From Candidatus Eiseniibacteriota bacterium (GTDB lineage: Bacteria > Eisenbacteria > RBG-16-71-46): a stretch of DNA of 64,000 bases. Position 1 is the stretch's first letter; every line of letters starts with the position of its first letter. Location of the stretch: positions 1 to 64,000 of the forward strand of contig JBGPFC010000006.1 in the NCBI GenBank assembly GCA_041483195.1. Direction: 5' to 3'. Below are positions 57,314 through 64,000 of the stretch, in pieces. The notes under the pieces are model-generated. The model did not search any database. It had not been told where the DNA came from and was given only the letters and a program-made list of their open reading frames with translations. Position numbers and translations under genes: made by a program.

Positions 57314-58267
57314 TCACCGTGCGCGCCAGTGGTCCAGCATGTCGCGCAGGGTTTGTTCGAACGGAATGGTCGGCTGCCAGCCGGTCGCCTTCACGAATTT
57401 CGAGTTGTCGCCGAGCAGCACCGGCACGTCGCTCGGGCGCAGGCGCGCCGGATCCTGCCGCACCTCGATCTTCGCGGTCGTCATGCCGAGCAGCAGGTCG
57501 AGCACCTCGCGGATGGTCCACGCCCGCCCGCGGCAGATGTTGTAGACCTCTCCCGGCGCGCACTTCTCGAGCGCGAGCCAGTAGGCGCGCACCATGTCGC
57601 GCACGTCGGTGAAGTCGCGCTTGGCCTCGAGGTTTCCGACCGACAGCACCGGCGGCCGGCGGCCCTTCTCGATGTCGGCGATCTGCTTCGCGAAGTCGGA
57701 GGCCACGAATACCGGGCCCCGCCGCGGGCCCTCGTGGTTGAATCCGCGCGTGCGCACGCTGTCGACCTTCCACGACATCCAGTACTGGTAGCCCAGCATG
57801 TCCTGCGCCACCTTGCTCACGGCGTACGGCGACAGGGGCCGCAGCGGGTTCGTCTCCTTGATGGGCACCTCGTCCGGAAACACCATGCCGTACTCCTCGC
57901 TCGAGCAGGCGAGCTGGATGCGGCACTTGAGCCCGACGTGCCGCACGCCCTCGAACAGGTTGACCTGCCCGAGGATGTTGGTGCTGAGCGACTCGGTGGG
58001 GGCGGTCCATGAGGTGGGCACGAACGATTGAGCTGCGAGATGGAAGATCCAGTCGGGGCGGGTCTTCTCGAGCACGTCGCGCGTGGAGGTGGCGTCGCGC
58101 AGGTCACATTCGACCATCGTGATCCGGTCGGAGAAGTGTTCGATGTTCTCGGTGCGGCTGCGCCAGCGCTGGATGCCGAAGAGCTCGCAGTCGCCGCGGG
58201 TGAGGATGTAGTCCACGAGATGACTGCCGGCGAATCCGGTGACGCCGGTGACTAGCACGCGTCGCAT
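57314..58267 (-). CDS. GDP-mannose 4,6-dehydratase family SDR
   Basis: TGVTGFAGSHL, HLAAQSFV..SW, SSEEYG, SPYAVSK, R.FNHEGPRRG..FV, GNLEAKRDFTD. Confidence 0.9.
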   Translation of the reverse strand: MRRVLVTGVTGFAGSHLVDYILTRGDCELFGIQRWRSRTENIEHFSDRITMVECDLRDATSTRDVLEKTRPDWIFHLAAQSFVPTSWTAPTESLSTNILGQVNLFEGVRHVGLKCRIQLACSSEEYGMVFPDEVPIKETNPLRPLSPYAVSKVAQDMLGYQYWMSWKVDSVRTRGFNHEGPRRGPVFVASDFAKQIADIEKGRRPPVLSVGNLEAKRDFTDVRDMVRAYWLALEKCAPGEVYNICRGRAWTIREVLDLLLGMTTAKIEVRQDPARLRPSDVPVLLGDNSKFVKATGWQPTIPFEQTLRDMLDHWRAR

Positions 58268-58311
58268 GAAGAGCCCTCGAGTCCGTTCAGTCTTGCGTGG
58301 AGGTGCCGCCC

Positions 58312-58340
58312 AACATAGGGATTCGGATGGTGCCGGTCAA
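58312..58340 (-). promoter_or_regulatory. sigma70 promoter heading the 58.3-52.8 kb glycan operon
   Basis: TTGACC-N17-TATGTT. Confidence 0.6.
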
Positions 58341-58365
58341 TGGCGCGCGCCGCGTTCCCCGCCGC

Positions 58366-59511
58366 CTACCGCTTCCTCGGTTTCGTCCGCGCCCGGTGCG
58401 GAGCGGGCGGCTTGGTCGGCGGCTCCGCCGCCTGCCACACCGGGCGCCGCGGAAGATCGGGCGCCGCGATCGCGCGCAACGCGAGCGCCCATTCGGCCGC
58501 CGGCTCGCCGCTCGCCTTCTCGAGATCGCGGGCGAACGCGCGCGATGCGCGCAGCGCGGCCTCGCGGTACTTCCGCTCGCCGGTGACCGAGGCCAGCTCC
58601 GCGAGAAAGCGCGCGGCGCGTGCGTTCTCGCCGGCGTCCCGCCCGCTGCGTTTCACCTTTCCCTGCTTCGGAGAGGCCTGGCTCGCGAACCCGCCCTTCT
58701 GGGGATCCTCGTAGCGCGCGAGCAGCATCTCGCCGAGCGTCTTCGCGCGCGCGAGATCGGCCGCGCGCCCCCCGAGATGCGCCGCCAGCACCAGCGCGCG
58801 CCCCATCTCGGTCTGATCCTCGAGCTGCGGCGCGCTGCGCAGCTCGCCGAACGGGTCGCGGCGCAGCAGGCCGAAGTCGGGGTTCCAGCTGCTCGTCCAC
58901 ACCCGGTCCAGGCTCTTCAGCGCGAAGTCGCGGACGCGCGGATCGGAGGTGGCGGCTGCCCACGCGAGCCAGGCATGGATCGCGAAGCCGTTCGCCCGCG
59001 GCTGCAGATCGCGGTCGCCGCTCTGTCCGGCGACGAAGCCACCGCGCGGGTCCATCAGCACGCGCTCGAAGTAGTCCACCACGCGGGTCGCTACCCCGCG
59101 GTCCGCCACGGCCTCGCGGTCCACGGCGCCCCCTCCCGCGTGCCACGCATCGATGAGATTCTCGAGCCGGCGCGCGTTGGGCTCCGTCCACTTCTCGAAC
59201 GACGAGCTCATGCGATCCGCGTCGCGCGTGCGGCTGAAGAAGCCGCCGCCGGTCGAATCGTAGAGCCCGAGCGTCCAGCGCACGGTCTGTCGCGCGCGCG
59301 CGGTCCACCGCGGCTCGCCCCGCTCGCGGCCCAGCGCGAAGGCCAGCTCGACCGCGCTCTCCATCGGGGCCCCGTCGCGGGTCACGAACCCGCCGCGGGC
59401 ACTGTCCCATCCCGCGGCGACCTGCTCGATCAGGCGGTCGGTGCGCGCGTCGTGCCCGGGGGGCGCCTGAGCGGCGGCCGCGAGGCTCACGAACAGCACC
59501 AGCGTGTGCAT
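58366..59511 (-). CDS. secreted (alpha/alpha)6-barrel protein, YyaL/SPATA20-like without thioredoxin domain
   Basis: Signal peptide; WDSARGGF, GLYDSTGGGFFSR...FEK, MDPRGGF.AGQ, LEDQ, YEDPQKGGF repeats. Confidence 0.65.
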   Translation of the reverse strand: MHTLVLFVSLAAAAQAPPGHDARTDRLIEQVAAGWDSARGGFVTRDGAPMESAVELAFALGRERGEPRWTARARQTVRWTLGLYDSTGGGFFSRTRDADRMSSSFEKWTEPNARRLENLIDAWHAGGGAVDREAVADRGVATRVVDYFERVLMDPRGGFVAGQSGDRDLQPRANGFAIHAWLAWAAATSDPRVRDFALKSLDRVWTSSWNPDFGLLRRDPFGELRSAPQLEDQTEMGRALVLAAHLGGRAADLARAKTLGEMLLARYEDPQKGGFASQASPKQGKVKRSGRDAGENARAARFLAELASVTGERKYREAALRASRAFARDLEKASGEPAAEWALALRAIAAPDLPRRPVWQAAEPPTKPPAPHRARTKPRKR

Positions 59512-59586
59512 AGGCGTCCTCCGTGACGGCGCGAGCGGCGCCGCGCGCGGGGCGCGAGGCCCCGCGCACGGCACGAAAACCGGTCG

Positions 59587-61557
59587 TCAGTGCAGGGCGA
59601 TCGTGACCAGCGCGATCAGCACACCCATCAGGCTCTCGCCCGCGATGATCCCGGACGCCACCGGCACCGTGTACTGTTCGGCGGCCTTCGCATTCAGCCG
59701 CTTGAACCACATCGCCAGACACGAGCCGATGAAGAACGAGATGGTGTTGAACCCGTTGATCGTGAACGCGAGTCCGAGTCCGGTCGCGGACGGGATGTAC
59801 TTCTTGTGCTTCGGCAGTGCCATCTCGAGCAGCGGGAGCAGGATCCCGATCGTCCCGCCGATCACGAGCCCGTAGCGCGCCGACACCGGCAGCGCCCCGA
59901 CCCCCTTCGCGAGCAGCTCGGCGACGCCGCGCCACACCAGGGCCGCGGGGGCCGGCCACTTCTCGGTGCCGAGCATGTTCACGTCCGGGATCAGGATGAA
60001 ATAGACCGGCACCACGATCAGCCCGCCCGCGAGCACCCCGAAGAATTGCGCGAAGAACTGCTGGCGCGGATTGGCCCCGAGCAGGTAGCCGCTCTTGAGA
60101 TCGGTGAGCAGGTCGCCGGCGTGGCTGGTCGCCCCCGCGCTGATGTTCGCGGTCATGAGGTTGGTGGTGATGTCGCCGGGCTTGATCGCGCCGAAGGTGA
60201 GCTGCGTGATCTTGCTCAGCGGCCCGACCGGCGTGATGTCGGTCTCGCCGGTGGCGCGCGCCGCGACCACCACCAGGAAGAACGTCGCGAGCACCGCGAT
60301 CAGCCCCATCCACCACACGATGTGAAACAGCACGTTGCCGAGGATGATGATCGCGACCCCCAGCACCGCGAACCCGGCCAGGAACCACGAGCCCGGGACC
60401 TCGATGCGGTCCATCGGGTCCTCGCCCTCCTTGCGCTTCAGGAAAGCCGCGATGGTGCTGAAGGCCCGCACCACCGTCTTCCAGTTCATGAAGAACAGCA
60501 GCAGCCCCGAGGTCACCATCATCGGAACGCCGATCCACAGGCTCCACGACGAGATCTTGCGGAAGCTCGGGGCCTCGATCACGCCGGCCCCGAGAAAATG
60601 CGGAGCCAGCACGCAGTAGTTGACGATCGCCCCGAGCAGCATGCTCCACGCCTGCCGGAAGCTGATGATCGCGCCCGCCGCGATGAACAGCAGCGAGCCC
60701 TCGAACGACATCGTCACGCGATTGAGGGTGAGCGGCTCGCCCTTGTAGGTGCCGAGCCGGATCCAGCTCGTGCCCCACACCGATTCGATCCGCGGGTAGC
60801 GCAGCCACGACAGGTGCTGCTGCCACCATCCCCAGGCCGGCATGATCCAGGCCTTGACCGGCGACCAGCTGGGCACGCCCCTGATGTCGACGACCCTGAG
60901 GAATGGAAAGTCGGCGTCACGCATCCAGGTGAGGACGCCGCCCACCAGCCCCGCGATCCCGAGGGAGGCCGCCTGCTTCGACGCCCCATCGCCCTTCGCG
61001 TGCAGCGTCCGCATGGTGGTCGCGGCGGCGATCCCGCTCGGGAACGGCAGCTTCTCGACGTTGATCATCTGCCGCTTGGCGGGCACCGCGAGGAACACGC
61101 CGAGCCACGAGATGCAGATCATCCACGGGATCAGCCACAGGCATCGCGCCCCGAAGGTCGCGGGCAGCACGGCGGCGTTCAGCATCATGAGCGCCGGGAT
61201 CGCGTTCACCAGGCCCGCGCTCGTCATCGAGCCGGCCGCCGAGGCGGTGGACTGCATCGCGTTGTTCTCGAGGATGCTGAACGGCGGGAACAGCTTCGGA
61301 AACATCCGGTGGAGCGTGGCGAAGATGGAGTAGGCGAGGATGCAGGAGGTGATCGCGACGCCCAGACTCCAGCCCGCCTTGAGCCCGACATAGACGTTGG
61401 AGCAGGCCATGACCATGCCGAGCAGCATTCCCATGACGACGGCCCGCACCGTGAGCTGCGGCATGCGGTCGCCTTGATACACGTGTTCGAACCACTCGCG
61501 CTCGATCTCTTCCGGAGTCTGCGGGCGATCGGGCGGAGGGATGGTTTCGGTGGCCAC
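59587..61557 (-). CDS. OPT family oligopeptide/metal-chelate transporter
   Basis: QLTVRAV, NVYVGLK.G, LENN.MQ..ASA, LPFPSG.A.A, GETD.TP, DLKSGYLLG..PR.Q, GIIAGESL.G; GTG 61557. Confidence 0.93.
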   Translation of the reverse strand: MATETIPPPDRPQTPEEIEREWFEHVYQGDRMPQLTVRAVVMGMLLGMVMACSNVYVGLKAGWSLGVAITSCILAYSIFATLHRMFPKLFPPFSILENNAMQSTASAAGSMTSAGLVNAIPALMMLNAAVLPATFGARCLWLIPWMICISWLGVFLAVPAKRQMINVEKLPFPSGIAAATTMRTLHAKGDGASKQAASLGIAGLVGGVLTWMRDADFPFLRVVDIRGVPSWSPVKAWIMPAWGWWQQHLSWLRYPRIESVWGTSWIRLGTYKGEPLTLNRVTMSFEGSLLFIAAGAIISFRQAWSMLLGAIVNYCVLAPHFLGAGVIEAPSFRKISSWSLWIGVPMMVTSGLLLFFMNWKTVVRAFSTIAAFLKRKEGEDPMDRIEVPGSWFLAGFAVLGVAIIILGNVLFHIVWWMGLIAVLATFFLVVVAARATGETDITPVGPLSKITQLTFGAIKPGDITTNLMTANISAGATSHAGDLLTDLKSGYLLGANPRQQFFAQFFGVLAGGLIVVPVYFILIPDVNMLGTEKWPAPAALVWRGVAELLAKGVGALPVSARYGLVIGGTIGILLPLLEMALPKHKKYIPSATGLGLAFTINGFNTISFFIGSCLAMWFKRLNAKAAEQYTVPVASGIIAGESLMGVLIALVTIALH

Positions 61558-61720
61558 GGCGGTCCCCTCGCGTTGTGAGCTTCGGCTGGGAGGTCCTAAG
61601 CGAACCGCAGGACGTTGGACGATCCCGCGGGTCGAGCGCAAGCCCTTTTCGTGCGGGCGGGGGACGCGTGCGGCGTTCGGGTCGTGCGGCGGGACGGCGT
61701 GACCGCTCGAGCGGCCGCGT

Positions 61721-63283
61721 TCACGGCCCGGTCAGCTTCACGTTGTCGAGCCAGACCGCGGCACGTCTGCGCAGCGGGCCGGAGGGCGCGCGCACCAGGT
61801 ACGCGGTGAGCGCCTCGGTCGCGGCTTCGGCCCGACCATGGTTCGGTCCCAGCTCCCACGCCCGGAACCGCGCCTCGGCGATGTGGTAGCGGACCTCGAC
61901 CTCGAGCGGACCCCCGGTGACGCGTGGCCGGATGCGCTCCCATTCCTCGGCCGCCGCGTCCGCGCGCGATGCCGACTTCATGTTGTCGGCGATCGTGTAC
62001 AGACGCTGCGCCTTCCAGGCGGCGTGCTGCAGGCTGTCGGGCAGCGCGCGGAACACATCGAGCGAGTCGCTCGCGGTCGACGTGGAAGCGGGCGGCGAAG
62101 CGCTCGGGCGGGCGCGCTGCGCCTCGGGACGCACGGCGTTTTCCTCGAGCACCGGGACCGCGCGCATCGTGAGGGCGAGCGGGGGAAGTCCCTCGCCGAA
62201 CGTGACGATCTGGCGCAGCGGCCTGAATCCGACCGCAATCAGCGACATCACGTGCTCCCCGGGAGGCGCGTCGAGACAGAACCTGCCCCCGCCGTCGCTG
62301 GTCGCGCCGATTCCCAGCGTCACCAGCGTCACCGAGGCGAATGGAATGGGACGCGCCGAAGCATCCCGCACGGTGCCGCACACCCGCACCGATGCGGCCT
62401 GCTGGTCGCGGACGCGCATCCCGGGCGTCGCGCCTTCGCCGCTCGGAGCGGGGGCGGCGGGCGATGCGAGTCCCTCCTTCGCCCCCGAGGCGTCGCCCGC
62501 GAGCGGCTGCGCGAAACGCTGCTTGAGCGCGCGCCGGGTCCCGCCGGTCGCGGACTCCGGCACCGACGCTTCCGGCGCGCGGAACGGGGTGACGACCGGA
62601 TGCACCGCCTCGTCCTCGCCGGCCGCGTTACGCCGCACCTCGTATGCCCGCGCGGGCTCCGGTGCCGAGACCTTCCCGAGCGCCGACTCGTCCTTGGGCG
62701 GCGCCGCGGAGGGAGCGGGCACCGGCGCCGCGGAGCCTCCCTCCGGTGCGGCCAGCTCACGCGTCGCGGGGGTGGTCGCCTTCGATTGCTCGAGCGCATG
62801 CTCGACTCCCGTCGCCGGGGCGGGCGCGTTCGCCTGATCGCTCCTCGTGCCGCCGGATAGCGGCGCGGGCGCGACCTGCGACGCGCGGTGCTCGAGCGCG
62901 CTCGAGGGCGGGCGGCCCCGGTCACGCGCCGTGATGAGCGCGAAGCCGGCGCCCACCGCGACCACGGCCACCGCACTCGCCAACGCGAGACGGCGGGGCG
63001 AGCCCAGCCACGCGGCGAGCCGCTCGGGGAGCAGCCCCGCGGCCACCGGGCGATCGCCGCGCGCGATGCTCGCCTCGATGCGCGCGGCGAGCTGCTCGAA
63101 GTGCGCGTCGCCGGGATCGTGCGTCAGCATGCGCCGCAGCGTTCCGTCCTGGCTCTCGAGCGCCGCGAGCGACTGACGGCAATCCGGGCAGGATTCGAGA
63201 TGGCGCTCCGCCTCGGTATTCACGGCGGGCGCGAGCGCGCCGTCGAGAAACGCGCTCAGCTCGGAGTCGGTCAGGTGCTTCAT
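61721..63283 (-). CDS. zinc-finger (ZAS/zf-HC2) anti-sigma factor with TM and periplasmic carboxypeptidase-regulatory-like domain
   Basis: HL.D.ELSAFLDG.L...HLESCPDC; TM segment; Pro/Ala linker; V.GTVRD...RPIPFASV...TSD..GRF.L..PPG; ATGA overlap with sigma. Confidence 0.85.
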   Translation of the reverse strand: MKHLTDSELSAFLDGALAPAVNTEAERHLESCPDCRQSLAALESQDGTLRRMLTHDPGDAHFEQLAARIEASIARGDRPVAAGLLPERLAAWLGSPRRLALASAVAVVAVGAGFALITARDRGRPPSSALEHRASQVAPAPLSGGTRSDQANAPAPATGVEHALEQSKATTPATRELAAPEGGSAAPVPAPSAAPPKDESALGKVSAPEPARAYEVRRNAAGEDEAVHPVVTPFRAPEASVPESATGGTRRALKQRFAQPLAGDASGAKEGLASPAAPAPSGEGATPGMRVRDQQAASVRVCGTVRDASARPIPFASVTLVTLGIGATSDGGGRFCLDAPPGEHVMSLIAVGFRPLRQIVTFGEGLPPLALTMRAVPVLEENAVRPEAQRARPSASPPASTSTASDSLDVFRALPDSLQHAAWKAQRLYTIADNMKSASRADAAAEEWERIRPRVTGGPLEVEVRYHIAEARFRAWELGPNHGRAEAATEALTAYLVRAPSGPLRRRAAVWLDNVKLTGP

Positions 63284-63876
63284 GAAGTCCCCCCGGTCAG
63301 CGCCCGGAATCTCGCGCGCAATTCGGCGCGCGCGCGCGACAATCGCGACATCACGGTGCCCACCGGAACGTTCAACGCGCGTGCGATCTCTTCGTACGGC
63401 ATGTCCTCGACGACCCGCAGCACCAGCACCGCGCGGTGCTCCTCGGACAGCACCGCGAACGCCTGCTCGAGGCGGCGGTCCCGCTCCGAGGTAGCCGCGA
63501 CATCGGCTGGATCTTCTCCCGCCGCCCACTGACGTCCGGCCTCGAGCATCGGCTCGAGCGGCGCCTCCGGCCGCCGCCGCCGCACGCGAAGCATCGTGAA
63601 CGCGCTGTTCACCGCGATGCGGGCCAGCCACGGATAGAGCGGCTCGCCCACCCGAAACCGCGCGAGCGCCCGCCACGCCTTGAGAAACGTCTCCTGCGTG
63701 ATGTCGTCCGCGTCGGTCGCGTTGCGCAACACTCCGTACGCGACGCGATACACCGCGCGCTGGTAGCCGCGCACGATCTCGGCGAAGGCGGCCTGGCTCC
63801 CCCGCTGGGCTTCGAGAACCCGGGCCGCCTCATCGCCGGGATCCGTGAACGGGGTACGCTGTGCGTCCGGTTTCAT
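63280..63876 (-). CDS. ECF RNA polymerase sigma factor
   Basis: AF..IV..YQ.AVY, DADDITQETFLKAWR.L..F, WLARIAVN, LS.EHR.VLVLR.VE.M.YEEIA..L..P.GTVMSRL.RAR. Confidence 0.95.
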   Translation of the reverse strand: MKPDAQRTPFTDPGDEAARVLEAQRGSQAAFAEIVRGYQRAVYRVAYGVLRNATDADDITQETFLKAWRALARFRVGEPLYPWLARIAVNSAFTMLRVRRRRPEAPLEPMLEAGRQWAAGEDPADVAATSERDRRLEQAFAVLSEEHRAVLVLRVVEDMPYEEIARALNVPVGTVMSRLSRARAELRARFRALTGGTS

Positions 63877-64000
63877 TCCGCCGCGACCCGTACTCTCCGA
63901 GCCATCGGGTGTCAAGTCGCTGACCCGGTTAGGGTTGGAGTTGCGCGGCGGCCGCGTCGCGTTCGGTGCGGGCGGCCGCGAGCGCCGCCCGCGGGTCGGG

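Noticed and set aside
58337..60829. 830-aa minus-strand ORF
   Set aside because: Out-of-frame overlay of the OPT and barrel genes; low-complexity Arg/Gly/Ala translation.
63890..63950. Autoregulatory promoter of the ECF sigma (GCAAC... or TTGACA-N17-TACGGG)
   Set aside because: The -10 elements are too weak to call by eye.

Overview
Very GC-rich (visually ~70%) bacterial chromosome segment, densely coding. I saw no rRNA, tRNA, CRISPR array or transposase. The gene style (FlgD-Ig-type C-terminal domain protein, lipoprotein with a 'T(W/L)GxLKxxY' tail, LPS-type GT9) suggests a diderm FCB-adjacent lineage such as Ca. Eisenbacteria; this is inference only. Left part (1-16 kb): a B12-dependent acyl-CoA mutase large subunit with isobutyryl-CoA-mutase-type specificity residues, msrA, meaB, a GH20-like lipoprotein, an sdpR/sdpI-like pair, a UgtP-like glycolipid glycosyltransferase, and a khpA-rimM-trmD...rplS-rnhB...yraN cluster. 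That cluster lacks rpsP and is interleaved with sugar-biosynthesis and accessory genes. Middle (14-58 kb): a ~44 kb surface-glycan super-locus with both Wzm/Wzt ABC export and Wzx/Wzy/Wzz/SLBB export, two priming transferases (WecA-like, WcaJ-like), about a dozen glycosyltransferases, methyltransferases, deacetylase/acyltransferases and nucleotide-sugar enzymes. Inserts within it are an outer-membrane barrel plus YidD-TPR-TM2 fusion operon, a secreted FlgD-Ig-tailed protein, and a nucleotidyltransferase plus small-protein pair. Right end: a thioredoxin-less secreted YyaL-like protein, an OPT transporter, and an ECF sigma/ZAS anti-sigma pair. All family calls come from motif recognition by eye, not database searches. 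Many ORF-track starts were shortened to more plausible starts.
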